Assembly (NCBI GenBank): GCA_965655095.1 | Contig: OZ296649.1 | Span: forward strand, 112,468,001 to 112,532,000 | Direction: 5' to 3' | Source: Haplodiscus bocki | Lineage: Eukaryota | DNA length: 64,000 nt | Made by a program: the position numbers and the translations under genes | The notes under the pieces: generated by a model | What the model was told of the DNA's origin: nothing | The model's input: the letters and a program-made list of their open reading frames with translations, nothing else | The model's database searches: none | Part shown: one piece after another, positions 51,356 to 64,000 of the stretch | How the letters are laid out: every line of letters begins with the position of its first letter | How positions within the stretch are numbered: position 1 is the first letter of the stretch

Positions 51356-54300
51356 TCACTCCTTTGCACCTACTTTTTTGCTTTTACTGAATTGAATTGA
51401 AAATTAATTGAATTGCAATTCATCAAAGCTAATTGAATTGAAATTGAATTGAAAGTTTTTTTCTCGAATTGCACATGCCTAGACCGAGGCCAGTGATCTT
51501 CTCGTTTCAGAAGCCAAACGGGTACGTTTCACCACAATCTTGATTTTTTCTGTCGTTCCACGAGATAGTGAGCAATCAGTTGGGTTGTTCGTTCAAGACA
51601 TATGACGCCATAGTGATTGGCCTGTTTTGTAGGATTTCAGACACTCTTTAGATGACAACGATATGGTTCACGTTGTCGAAACTTTCCTAACGAAAGTGGC
51701 ATCAGTCCAGATTTTCATCTCTAGTTCTCGGAGTTTTTGTTAGCGTAAATTTGCTGAATTTTGTGCGCTAGAGTGACTAGCAGATTGTGTGGATCATTTT
51801 TGATGGGATCAAAATCTTGGGGAAACTGATAATCCCGATTCACACGCGTTGAGATTTTATGCAGCCGTGTTTCTGAATTTCACGACAATTGGACTAAAGC
51901 CAACCCACAGGATCAAAAAGTTTCGCAGAGTCTGACAGGAGCAGTCTCGTTTTAGTTCTTCCTTTATGATCGAATACTGAAGAGTTGAAAATAGCTAGCA
52001 ATTGCATTTCCATGTTAGTGCAAAGTTTTTGGTTCATGAACTCCTCATAATCTCAACTTTCCTCAATTTGACTTAAACGGATGTAATCGATTCACTTTGA
52101 CTCGTCATGTTTTCTGAGCTCTTGGTAAATTTTCTAAGTTCTGGAGAGAAGCGTTACATGTTTATATGCTGCCTTCATGAATTCCATGCCTGAAAAAAAA
52201 TCTACATAGATAGTGTTTTTTTGGTTGCCAGTTTTTCGTGCACCGGTTGCCGATTTTTGTGAGGGCTCGAACTGGGAAAGCTCCATAGATTACCCGTATC
52301 AAAGGAAAAGGTTGAATTGATGGATGTTAATCTTTATGCCAGACATATATGAAAATGGCGGGCCGATCTGTCCAGAAGCAGTTGTCTGTAATTTGTTGCA
52401 ATATCTGCGATCACTACAATTCTATGTAGATGAAATGCCATCAAAGTTAAGACATGTATTGAATATTAGGGGCAACCATCACGGAGGCACTGAAATATTG
52501 CTTTGTCATAGCTCCTTCATCAACTACGACTCGTGGTTTCGTGGAATGAGCTTTCTCAACGCAAAGGTACGGTAAAAAAAATTATTCAAGTGATTTTTTT
52601 TCAATTTCAACTGCGGGGACTTGCTCTAGATGTTTGGAATCGTTGACTTGTTTGGTGAAATCGAAATATCTTTCTCAGTTCTGGATTGATGCTCAGACGT
52701 CTCGAATGAGAGAGTACGTCGTTTGGCTGGCAAACAGGTACGACCAATTGGTTTTACATCTTGTTAGGGGAATTGGAAAGTGAAACGCTGGTTCGAAGTA
52801 TTAACGAGAGAAGAAAGTATTGGTTCTCTGGCGATCACTTCCGTATTTTTTTAGCTGGTAAGACTTCCTCTTCCCGTTTTTTTGAATGTGTTGTTTACAC
52901 AAGCAGCCGATGGTTTTCTATGATTGAGGAAATAATGAGCTGGCATGCTTCCCTGAAGCAATAGATCCATAAGAAATTGTTCCTGAAGTTAACTCCTCTT
53001 CAGTGGACTTGCGATCTAATACTTGCTTATGAAGACATCTTGAACAGAAGTCATCTCAGTTGTGTTATGTGTATTGAACTTGAGGACGAAAGAAAACGTG
53101 CGAGGGTTGGTACGACTTAAAGTGTGATCTTTATGATCCTTTGTATTCTGTATTTGGAATCCTAATTTATTTTGGTTGAGATGTTGATTATTTGGTAATA
53201 TTGCCAATGCCTTGAATTGTATTTGATTGTCTGTATGGTTTCAGCCTCATTCGCTGAACAGCGTCTCCTTCATTGAGGCTCAGCTGCGAACCACTCTGAG
53301 GTAGGACATGATAAATCCTCTTCTCTAAAGCCAAATTGGCACAATTGCCATCGGAGGAGGAATCTCACAAAAAGGAGATCTGCAGAACGACTGTCACGAC
53401 ATCCTGCTGAATATATCATGACTAAATGTTGCAGAATGCAATAAGTTTTATGTCGTACTTGGCAAATTTGACCAGTTGACCTTGACTGTCACTCTTTCGT
53501 GAGGTGTACCGACTGCAAACAATTGAACTACATTTTTGCTGGAAACGGTGCTTTTTATTGGAACTCCGGCAATTTTTCGGGTTTTCACAAGTGAAATCTC
53601 GATTTTCAGAATAAGTAGGGAATCTCTACTATCGTCCATTTTTTCTGTGAGAAATGATTAGGATCAGTTTCGATGGTCTGTGCTTCTTTTCGAACGGTTA
53701 TTGTCTCCTATTAAACTGCTCGATTTTGACGCTTCCAATGCTTGGACTAACCATTCTGCCGCCGAATTCCGTTTATTGTTTCAATGTCCACAACGTTTTT
53801 CCGGATTAGTAAAGTTCAAACTGTCTGCCGGATTCCGTATCCAGTCTTTACGATTATATAGTTTCGGAATCCACCTGAATGATTCCGCCAGCAGCAACAT
53901 CCATCTTGAGGGCCTCATTTAGAATCAATTTTTCTTCGAAATCCCCAGTCGATTTGCGAAACTTGGACGTTGCTTCTTTCTGGAATAGCTTATGCGGGAG
54001 GGTTGCTCGTAGGTGAGTTTGACGATCACTCGCGAATTATGGGTCAGTGAAGCTTTCACGGAAGATGAAGGAATCAACTGCGATTCCTCAGCAGTGAGAG
54101 CTGATTTCAAGGAATTGAATTTGGTTTTGTCGGCTCTTCCAATGTTACAGTGACTAGTTTTTTTACTGCGTTCGACCAGAGCGAATTGTCGATTTCGTTC
54201 GTGCACTCCCAAAAGAAGAGTGGCATTTTAGAAGGCAATGTACTAGGAACCAGGACTACCAGTATAAACAACGTGAAAACAAAACGTTTTTATATACGAA

Positions 54301-55216
54301 AAAATTTCATGATACCCCCGCGCTTTACTTGTAACAAAAAAAGGCTTATACCAAAAATGTCTGAAATAATGATTTTCTCAGGCAGTCAATGTTGTACTAA
54401 GGAGTCCTTTTTACTAACTTTTCGACTGTATACGACCAAATGATAAGGAGGAAAAATGCGCTTATACTAACTTTTTTCTTGGAAATGCCTAATTTTTTTT
54501 CGAAAACAACGGGCCGCATGGATGTTTTGTTCAACTCGGGCAGCGCTGACTTGAGCCGCTCTCGGCTTGTTCAATTCTATCAACAATCGACATGACTTTC
54601 TGGTCAAAATAGTCCAATTCTTTAACTCCTCATCGGATTTGGGCACCTTGATTTTCGGCGAATTACCTAGAGCAGATGCTTATGCAGCGACAAGATCAAT
54701 TATTGTGGGACTCGAAAGAAAATGTGGCAAGGAAATGATCCAATTGTGTTGAAATCTTTAATTTCTGGGTGCTGTCTGTTCGTCTTCCATTGCACTGTCG
54801 TTATCTGCAGTATGCTCCAGTATAGTTGCATGGACACATCAGATTCGTCACGCTGTGTATTAAAAACTGCCGACGAGCCTCTAGTTTAACAAACACATCA
54901 GTGGTCACACCATCCTTCTACCTGCTCAAAGTCGCCTGAATTTGCACCTTGCTTTTGGCGCTCACACCAGTTATCACTTTTTGGGATCGTTTCAGCTGGG
55001 CAAATATCTCTTGGTAAATTGCCGTGGTTTTTGTTTGATTCCGGAGTTGCTTTTGTATCAGTAATTGTTGTGATTCATCTGAGAAGTACGGGAGAGCAAT
55101 ACAAAAGAAAGATGGAATCAATTTGAGGCGAGTCAAGACTCTATCGAGATTGTTGAAAATATTGTGGAGCGTGACCAAAGCAAACAAAAATTTACGTTTA
55201 AGTTGCCTATATGACA

Positions 55217-56742
55217 CACTTTAGACATCAATATTTCGGAAACTGTTCGGAATGGTTACTTTTGGTGGACAGAAAATATTTTTAATCTAGCTTACAATCG
55301 TTTTTGCTTCAAAGTTTTGCGACCAATACAGCAAAAGTTATAAATAATCATTTTTGGACAATTTTAACTAAATTTCGTGTATTTTTGATATTTAAAGGCC
55401 TCAAAGAAATTTTTTGACTCAGTTTGTACGCAGACCATTATTATACTTAGTTCTCGAAAAATTTTCAAATTGCCCATAAAATTGCTGTTTTTATACAATG
55501 AACTTTGAAGTTACTTATTTTGAAATAGGTTTTAGGAATTGTGTTGAAAATTTGCGATATCTATTTAAATTGAAAATATTTCGATACAAAATATATCACA
55601 GGATTCAAGAAATTCTGGGGAATTTTTGTACATAATTTTTCAAAAAAGTTTTTTCTAACTTAGTCAAATTTCGGGAAAAAGAACGACAGAGATTACCAAA
55701 ACTGGCAAATATTAACCAACGAGATAGCGAATTGAGAGCAAATAACGAGATCATATTGGCTAAATAGCGTCTGTGAACGCTCTTGAGCTCCATTCTTTCA
55801 AAACACTACTGTATAACTTGGAAAGATACTAAATATTTATAAAATCTTCATTCAATTTTATTTACATTTGGTTAATGCGACTCAGCAGGCATTCAATGAA
55901 CTGACAATTTTAAATTACTCTCACTATAAAGTAGGAGAATTTCTTTGTTCTTGTCTATTTTTGCCGCGACTTGGTCAATGTATTGATGCAAGTAAATGAC
56001 ATTCTCGTGGTTTCGTGCTCTCTTCTTCCGGAAAAATTGTCCTTCTCGATTGGGTTGCGTTTGACCATTAGTGAGCGAATTGATCAATCTTGTTCAAATC
56101 TTTGCTCACAAGTTTAACTACAGCATTGTTTTGAAAGAATGGAGATTAAGGGCGTTCATTGACGCTATTTAGCCAATAAGATCTCGTTATTTGCTCTCAA
56201 TTCGCAATCTCATTGATTAAAATTTGCCATATCTGGTAATTTCTGTCGTTTCTTTTGAAGTTTGAGCAAGTTAGAAAAAACTTCTTTCGAGAAATTATGC
56301 GCCACAAAGTTTTCAGAATTTCTTGAATCCTATGATATATATTTAGGTTGAGGAATTAATTTGAATTTCAATGGATATCGCAATTTTTCAAAATACGAAT
56401 CAATACCTATCCTAAAATATGTAACTTTAAAGTTCATTGTATAAAAACAGCAATTTTATGCGCTATTTGAATTATTTTCGAGACCTAGGTATATTAATGG
56501 TTTCAAGATTTTTAGGGGAACATTTACCCATAAACTGTGTCCAGAAAATTTTTTCATTGGGGCCTTCAAATATCAAAAATACCTGCAATTTATTGAAAAG
56601 TGGCCATTTCTAACTTTTGGTGTATTGGTCGCAAAATTTTGGAGCAAAAACAATTGTAAACTAGATAAAAATCTTAGAAACTTTTCCTTCTACCAAAAGT
56701 AACCATTTGGAATAGTTCCAGAGATATTGATGTCTAAAGTTG
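55217..56742. mobile_element. Large foldback element (~600-bp inverted arms, ~290-bp spacer), CAC terminus suggests Transib-like
   Basis: CACTTTAGACATCAATAT pairs with ATATTGATGTCTAAAGT; inner CTCCATTCTTTCAAAACA (~55790) pairs with TGTTTTGAAAGAATGGAG (~56130). Flanks TGACA/GGTCA. Confidence 0.8.
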
Positions 56743-57429
56743 GTCAATTTATGCATAGAAGCTCCATTCTTGTGAAACAGTATTGTAGTTTGCATTGAAT
56801 GAAGTTTACATGAATAATTTCCAATTAACGTGATATTAAGCGCTTCAACATCAACTTCTTAACTACGAATACTTAGAAGAGCTTAAAACGCAAATTCACC
56901 TGTTTAACAAAATTTTGAGTTGTCAATGATGCTAATTTGGTTGCCTCAAAGTAGCCGAAGACAGCTAATTTCGCACTTACTTTTGAGATTTTTGCTGTAT
57001 TGAATTCCCAATCAGCTGTACAGTAACGGATTTGAAAATTTTTGATGAAAAAACTAATTTTCGCGAAGATTTTGAAATTTGCACAAAAGCAGCTAGTTTG
57101 AGTGTTTTCAAAAAGGTGAGTTCTGATTACACGATATTATTGCACATTCGGACTATAGAGGAAGAATGTGTATTGGGAACCTGCTGATGCATAATTTTTT
57201 TATCCTGTCTAAACCTAATATTTTGTGCTGTTATCAGAGAGTCTAGTCATCTTGTGTAAACGGTCAAAAAGGACCCTTTTTGAAAGATCTTGGCAGGTAC
57301 TTGTTTATTTTTGCGCTCAGGAAAGTGCAAAATTGTTGAACCTTGGTTTGAAAAATAAACAACAGCGTTCTAAAAGGTGTTTCGATTGTGAGACAGTGTG
57401 GGCAGTGCTACTAAGTGTCCTAAAAACGT

Positions 57430-57950
57430 TACCTGTACAAACTTCGAGCTCACAACGGTTAATATTAGTAAACAAGACATCGGGGATGATGAAAATCTGA
57501 ACTTGTTTTAACATCTTGTTGACTAATATCGGCCATTTTGAGAGCTCGATATTTTTGCATGTAACATTTTTAGGACACCTAGTATTGTTTATTTGTTGGT
57601 GTTGTCTACAGTGTGAGGCTTTTAAACATAAGACCGCAAAATAGCGAATCTAAGAAGACATGATTGACACATCAACTACACACATCAACTTTTGGGTATT
57701 AAGTATCAGACATTGTGACAGGTTCTTATTTCATTTCGACTTTCTCGAACAACTTTGATGTAGTGTAGACATCTTCTGTAGTATTTCTAAAAGTGTCAAT
57801 CATGTATCCGATCAAGGTTCCAATGTCTTTGAGGACCTTTTAGTTGTAAGCTTTATCTTTGATTTCAACTGAGAAGTCAGAATGTGTTGCGAAGTTCCGC
57901 TTCACCTCTGTGTGGAGTTTTACTCTCCGCCATTAACGTAACTTTTACGT
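57430..57950 (-). pseudogene. Very decayed Penelope GIY-YIG remnant
   Basis: CQSC...FCG..L-type segment near 57650; shares sequence with 59530-59570. Confidence 0.4.
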
Positions 57951-59138
57951 AAAAGTAAAATCGAGTTCTTTCGAGATATCCCTTTGCTTAAACCAAAAGT
58001 TTTGTTTAATGGTAGGATCTTGTTTCAGAACAAAAAGGTGGCCTCCACGGGGCCAATGTTGTTGGAGGCGAACGAGCGAAACTAGTAAAATGTCTTATGC
58101 TGACACTTCTGTCATAGTTCGTTTCCCGTCACTTATTGATTTTGTTCGCTCTCGATGTTTATGGCTTTTAAATAAGCCTTCCCAGCCATATTTACTACCA
58201 AATCAGCTTTGTGGCACAACAAGTTTGAACGAAATCGATAGACAAATACTATTTGCAAAATTTGTGTTTATTTAAAATAGTTCCAATTTGAAATTTTCAA
58301 CATGGTGAGAAATGCTATTTCGATTTTTTTGTATTAAAGTATAATTTCGGTGCTTTCAACTGGGTGGAAGTTGCTAGTTGCGCAGAGTCTCGAGTTTTTG
58401 CTCCAAGAACGTAACTTCGTAGAAATGAAGGACAGAATTTTTCTAGATACCCCTTCCGCATAAAACGTAAATTTAAATACTTGCCTTGGATTCTAGTTTA
58501 TGAACCATTAGCGAGCCTCTTTTCTATTCAAATATTGCCTTTTGTGTGACATCTTCAAAGTTGAGAAAATGGCCAAAAAAGACTTGTGAGAAATTTTACT
58601 GGTGACTCAATGTGAATGCAGATAAAAGTTTCAGCACATTGCTCGTGGTACTATAAAACATGCGAATGCATTTCGCAGTCATATTACAATATAGAAAACA
58701 GAAAAATGATATAAAGTATCAGTAAAGTAGTGCGAGAGAAGAATGAAATCTTTATGTGTGACTAAGTATTGGAACGATACATATCCTTTGCGTAATACCC
58801 GAAAACAACTGAAAATCACAAATTATGATCGAAGCCAAAGTTTCGTAGAATTTTACCTAGTTTACAATGGTGTAAGTTTGAAACTTCCAAGAGTATTATT
58901 ACAGTAGTTTTTGAGATTTTGTATCTACGTGCATTAAGATAGGTATTTGGATTTGCATCACAACTTTCGATGTTTTGAGTTCCTTCTGCTCCGTTTTTGT
59001 TTACATTTCATATACTGTCAAGATGCCCCTTATCTACGAATTACATTCTGAAGTTTGCAGCTCCCCAGTGTTTACACTATCAAAGAGCACAGACAATCCT
59101 TGAGGCATGACTACCCAAATCGCGAGATATTTTTCGCC

Positions 59139-59226
59139 TAGAAAAATTGTTCGTTCTGAGACTCGAACGCGCAACGTTGGTACGGCGCACAAACACTTCA
59201 TGTACCCCTATGCCAACCGGTCTGCA
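59139..59226 (-). other. tRNA-like Pol III promoter head (SINE-like)
   Basis: Minus strand TGGCATAGGGGTA (A box) and CGTTCGAGTCTC (B box), followed by TTTTTCTAG. Confidence 0.4.
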
Positions 59227-59329
59227 CGAAGTGTGCAAGTGCACGTACAATTGGCAAATTTTATGTTAAAAAGCCTAAATGTTGGACGAAGGATTTCCTA
59301 CCATATATGAAATTTAGCTTGAGCTATAA

Positions 59330-60050
59330 TTTGAGAAACAAGTCCTCTGGCTTGAATTCATCCCAGTTCTTGATAGATGGCTTCCGTTCTCTCATGTAAA
59401 GTGCCTTCAGAGCGACCACGTTGTTGAATTAGGCTGCAGAGTCGAGAACTTTAACATTTCTTTGCCATTCTCTGTAATTACATTTTACAGGTACTTATTC
59501 TTTTAAAATGAGCTATTTTCTGAAACATTAGGCTGTAAAATAGCGTCACAGAGAAAGACATGATTGACAAAACAAATATTTGAATGAGTGGTTGATCCAT
59601 GTCTGAGTTTGTCTACTTCGAACAATTAATTGATTGAGAGTTGGTCTTGTAATTTTGAGCAGTGTGAGGAGCTTAAATATACGGAATGCATTTCATTTGA
59701 GTATTGAAAATAACTGGACGTAATTTGGATGTTATCGTTAGACATTCTACTCCCGCTAGATGAGAAATTGACTCGATCAAAATTGACATAGCAAGGATCA
59801 CCGTCATGTTGTCGAGACATACATGTATACCATTTTCATAGATGTAGATAATGATTAGGCTAATGACGTATTTCGTAGACATTTTCTTGTGATATTTCTG
59901 GTTCTATGTAGCTCTGTGTGTACTGTTGAGAGGCAAATTTTTCCAAAATAGCAAACCCTTCTGCCAGATCGGCCGATTATATTTTCAAATTCTCCGAGAA
60001 AGAGCTTTTCAAGTTTTCTGGGCCTTAGAGTCACTGTTATCACACTGAAT
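59330..60050 (-). pseudogene. Decayed Penelope 3' region
   Basis: NVKVLDSA...ALKALYMRERKPSIKNWDEF matches the GIY-YIG C-terminal LEA..I....P..N..DE motif. Confidence 0.55.
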
Positions 60051-61006
60051 GAATGAAACAGGCATGATCATCATGACACCATAACCGAAACGCTATAACT
60101 GAGTTTATTCTCGCTTTTTTATTGGCTCGTTATTTTCATTTGCTTGCTTCGCTCCTTCGGCAATGACGTCAAAAACTTTATTGGTTTTGAGAAACCGAGA
60201 TACGGCTCATTAGCTCTCCATTTTGTATAGGATTAGGTTGCTATTCATAAACAAAAGATAATTTCAAGTAATTGCCTATATCACCAATGATGATATAGTT
60301 AATGTCAAAGCTGTCAAGATTTAATTCACGTGTGAGTAATTGATGATTTGCGAATTATCGAATGAATTATTGGGCAGTCATTTTCAATCTAATGCAATCC
60401 CTAGTTCTCAAAGACTAAAACTGCAATACGAGAAGCTGATTAAACCGCGAAAGAAAGTTTGCGGGACAGTTTTCGCTCTTGTGATATCGTCTTTAAGTAT
60501 CAAAGAAATTTTCCCCGCTGTTTTTGCGTATTGAAACTTATCAAGAAGTACTTCAAATCTGAGAAAATCTAGGAAACCACTTTTTCTGGTGAAAATTGAC
60601 TCGGCAGAAGCGAAACAGTTAATGATTTGTGCGCCCTTATTTTTTTCAGAATAATTCAAAGTTTTCTAATGAAATTTAATAATTTAACAACCCTTGTTGA
60701 TGTAAGCAGTTTGGCTGTGGAATATTCCAATGTCTAAATTTTCTAGCGTACGGATTTCTTTTGTATGGTTTGCGTATGTACCTTTGGACTATCCAGTGGA
60801 TTACGATTAATTTGGATCGAAGACACATTCTGGAGCGACCAGGTCATGTGCTGGCAGGACAAAATACCCAAACCCAAAATATCGAAGATTGAAATGACTA
60901 TGCTAATTAAATAATTAACAGAGTCTTAACGCTCAAAGTTTCAAGACGCCACTAATTACATAGATTTGATGATGATTTAAAATATTGGTGGTGTCAGATT
61001 GAAATA

Positions 61007-61424
61007 CACTCATTATACTTTATAAGAACACACTTATTGAAATCGAGCCTCATTTGTTCTGGACGAAAAGAATCGAATTGAGCCTCAGTTGTTCTTAAAG
61101 TGTTCTTAATCTACATGTATGACGTAATTATCGCTCAGCGTATGAAAATATTGAGTTCTACTGAAGCTATTAATTAGTACTGTTCAGTGACTGCTACATG
61201 TAATTCAGCTAACAAAATTGTGCCGCTGCTAATTTTTTGATGCCATCGGGTAAACAAAAACTATATTTTAATAGAAAAGTAGAATTGGAGATCCGGAATT
61301 ATAATTTGTCTGATAACCTTTCTTGAGTAATTTTGAGCTTGAATTGTTCATGAGTGTTCTTAATCAAAAAAATTTTCAGACCCTCATGTTCTTATAAAAT
61401 TGTTCTTATAAAAGATAATGAGTG
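61007..61424. mobile_element. TA-targeting MITE
   Basis: TIR CACTCATTAT..TTTATAAGAAC with TA duplication; empty site GAAATACCAC is seen in the 12 kb copy. Confidence 0.9.
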
Positions 61425-61456
61425 TACCACCAATCAAAATATTTACAGAAAATTAC

Positions 61457-61761
61457 GGGTCTTTTCCGTTATTCCCCCCCCCCAGCCCTACTGACAAAAA
61501 TATTATTCCCCCCCTAGCTGATGCTCAGCTGAGCAGTATGGTTCAAGTTTCTGTTTAATATAAAGTTATTGCAAATACCTGTTTGTTTACTTTAACTAGC
61601 TTCAGCAAGCAGTCAGCTTCTTGGAGGGTACTTGAGATTTGTGTATTGTGTGCACAGTCTACTGACTCGCAAAAGACGTATTCAGTGAATACACTGGTAG
61701 CGGCAGCTACAGCTTCGATTGGGGGGAAATAATCTTCGGGGGGGAATAACGGAAAAGACCC
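61457..61761. mobile_element. MITE with GG...CC ends and 8-bp TSD (Merlin- or Mutator-like)
   Basis: Perfect TIR GGGTCTTTTCCGTTATTCCCCC and perfect TSD AAAATTAC. Confidence 0.95.
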
Positions 61762-62305
61762 AAAATTACCTTGAACAGAAAAACATTTTTGAAAAATTTC
61801 GAAACTAGTTTTCGCTAAAAAAAAAAAACTAACGGAAATTTTCATTTCCAAAATTCCGTATTTCTTGTCCGAAAATGTTCACACAGAATAATTTTCCGAA
61901 ATTATGGGTTTTGAGACCTATGAGTTGATAATTTTCATTATTTTAATGTCCGCCCAAAATTCTCAAATTTTGCTTTTTCCAAAAAAAAAATCAAAAAATA
62001 ATTTTAACAATTTTAAAACACTAAAGGGTAACCACAAAATTTTCGGCACTGTGAGACAAAATTGTCGTAGGCTCATTTTTTGCCCTATACGGTCAAAAGC
62101 GCGGATTTTGAGTCTTGATTGCCTTATCTTCCTTTTTCGTTTTTGTCGTAAATTGTAGTGCATGATTTCGAGTTTTCGGAAACTTGCAATTCCATAAGTG
62201 AGTTTTTGCAAAGTAGATGCTGGATGTGCTGGTAATTTTGTTCAGTGTATTATTAATGTATAGAATTTTGTTTTAAGGAACAATAATATTTAGCATCATA
62301 AATAT

Positions 62306-62690
62306 GGGTGTGGACTTTTCATCTCATGCAATTTCAACCCGTACAATTTGGACCCACTGCATTTTCAACCCATTACAATTTTCCCTAATTTACTGATTTT
62401 TTGCAAAGCTTCATTCTCATTGACGGCACCGCTTGCTAACTATGATAATTCCTGCTTAAAAGTTATTTAGCAGATTTAAATTAGTGATAAATTAATTAAC
62501 AATATATTTCAGTTAATGTGAACTGAATAATATCGGTATTAAAAGAACAAAGCCGAAATCGTACACTTGACGTGGAATGAAACTGTAAGGGGTTGAAATT
62601 GTAATGGCATGAAATTGTGACGTATTTAAAGTGCAAGCGGTTGAAATTGCATGTGCTGAAACCGTATGGGATGTGACATGTAAAGATAAA
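62306..62690. mobile_element. Small foldback MITE with CAATTTCAACC subterminal repeats
   Basis: CAATTTCAACC repeats on the left, GGTTGAAATTG repeats on the right; absent from the 12 kb copy. Ends approximate. Confidence 0.6.
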
Positions 62691-63414
62691 TGCGATATCA
62701 GTTAAGTAATTATGCAACATTCAAGTATTTTGGGTACTTTAATGTCAAGACGCTTCTAATTATTTAATTGGCATGGTTGATTAAATCGTTTGTATGTTGG
62801 CTTTGGGTATATTGGGACACTGTGTAATTTGACCTCGGGAATTTTGAGGTGGAACCATGACATGTATATGGTTTCGTTTGTTCGAAATCGTACGTTTGAA
62901 CTCTTGCATACCCGAGTTGTGCAATCGTGTGATAAGTGCAAAGAAAATTTTGGCTGTATTGCAAAGTGCTATTAAGAGTGTTGTTGGCAGGAAGAGTGAA
63001 CTACCTTGACATTATGAAATGTAAAAATAGCAACTGAGAGCTTTGTGATCATGCATGTCGTTATTATCCAGATGGTAGATGCATGGAGGAGATTATACAG
63101 CGGAAGCATCTTCTTTTCAGGGCTTGAAAAAATTTTAATTCTTCGCAGCACTTAAAGTCTTACTCGGTTTGTTTTTTGACGCTTTTTTGTGCGACATTTA
63201 GAAAATTTTAATTTTGTCTCAACGCAGCAAAGCTGAATGGATGTAGAGGGTGTAGAGGAGAGCCATACGGAGCATCTTGGAAGCAACGAGAGCTCGCAAA
63301 AAAATTCCGAAGTCTATCCGACTTGGGCGGCTATGTTTTTGTAATTACTGCCCTGTTTTCTATTTTGTATACATTTTGAGATATATTTTGATTTTTTTCC
63401 GGTTTTTGTTGTAG

Positions 63415-63600
63415 ACGTGGAGAAAACGCAGTGTGAAGATTTTCAGGAGGTCTGACGATGGATTCGAAAGACTGGACTACAGATGTGTTACTAAGAAGAA
63501 TGATGCTTACAAAAGCTTATCTCTACATGGACTCATCAGCGCCCGTTTAATTCAAGACAAGACATATAAAACTATTATTCTGCTCACTCTTTCCGACGAA
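63415..63600 (+). CDS. Host gene exon, PH domain (DOK-like adaptor)
   Basis: Pyrimidine tract + AG at 63413-14, GTGAGT donor at 63601, 186 bp phase 0: TWRKRSVKIF...SLSLHGL...IILLTLSDE. Confidence 0.75.
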
Positions 63601-63852
63601 GTGAGTCAAACTTTTTGAAACTGAGTTTCAACTATGCAAAAAAATGAGCATACATGTAAACTAAAACGTATGAAACACAAAAACAAATTTGGCAGAAGCT
63701 GGTCAGATCCACTTCGATACTGCTTGATAGTCATATTTGCTGTTGACCATAGAGAAGAAATGTCGAGAAAAAAGTATTTGAAATAGCGGAACAACGCAAA
63801 TATATTAATTAGTAAAAAAAGGTATGGTATTCTTCTGGGTTTTGTGTTGTAG

Positions 63853-64000
63853 AGAACTCTTCAGCTGGGTCTGAAAGATTCATGTGATCTGGAGTCAGAA
63901 CTCGACGACTGGCTTCAGTGCATCAAAACTGTGTGTTGGGGACATGACCGAGAGTTGTTATCACAACCACTGTCCGTATCTACTTCTGAGAACGTTTACG
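63853..64000 (+). CDS. Next exon of the PH-domain gene (runs off the window)
   Basis: TTGTAG acceptor, in frame with the previous exon: RTLQLG...ELDDWLQCIKTVCW (PH C-terminal Trp helix)...SENVY. Confidence 0.75.

Larger units (their letters stand above)
49937..51481 (+). mobile_element. Internally deleted hAT transposon
   Basis: Perfect 11-bp TIR TAGGCATGTGC, perfect 8-bp TSD GACCGAGG (49929-49936, 51482-51489), AATTG subterminal repeats. Confidence 0.95.
47440..54500 (-). mobile_element. BEL/Pao LTR retrotransposon remnant, heavily decayed
   Basis: Minus strand: Cys/His knuckles ~53400, IYVD ~52205, AKLFDPVGWL ~51915, WTDA ~51705, NNPTD..SRG ~51570, WW..PVWL....WP spanning the hAT insertion, WPTGRI ~47520. 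Ends not defined. Confidence 0.7.
60853..62856. mobile_element. Second copy of the Mutator-like foldback family, carrying three nested inserts
   Basis: Same GGCAGGACAAAATACCCAAACCCAAAATATC start and GGTGGAACC end as 11789-12862; decayed TSD AGGTCATGTGC/ATGACATGTAT. Confidence 0.8.

Noticed and set aside
54890-55216. 5' LTR of the BEL element starting TGTCATATAGG on the minus strand
   Set aside because: No second LTR copy or clear PBS; TGACA may be the foldback's TSD.

Overview
AT-rich eukaryotic (most likely invertebrate animal) genomic DNA made almost entirely of nested, mostly decayed transposable elements, with one 200-N assembly gap (28462-28661). Left to right: a CACTA-like non-autonomous element, a CR1/L2 remnant, a decayed KDZ-type transposase, a Mutator-like foldback MITE, and a decayed retroelement with gag followed by a herpes-gB/chuvirus-G-like envelope gene that was hit by two solo LTRs and a Ty3/Gypsy element. 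After the gap: an I-group-like LINE, a Crypton remnant, a Penelope element split by a nearly intact CR1/L2-like LINE, a piggyBac, a BEL/Pao remnant carrying a hAT and a MITE, a large foldback element and more Penelope remnants. Two convincing host exons of a PH-domain (DOK-like) gene lie at the right edge. The most unusual signal is that two LINEs of different types carry a homologous extra upstream ORF (ORF0, SGNH-esterase-like) with shared downstream sequence motifs. In one of them ORF0 is followed by a repeat-spacer array of three 36-nt hairpins, and ORF1 joins ORF2 in frame through a UGA-CUA readthrough-type stop. All family calls come from reading motifs by eye; no database search was run.
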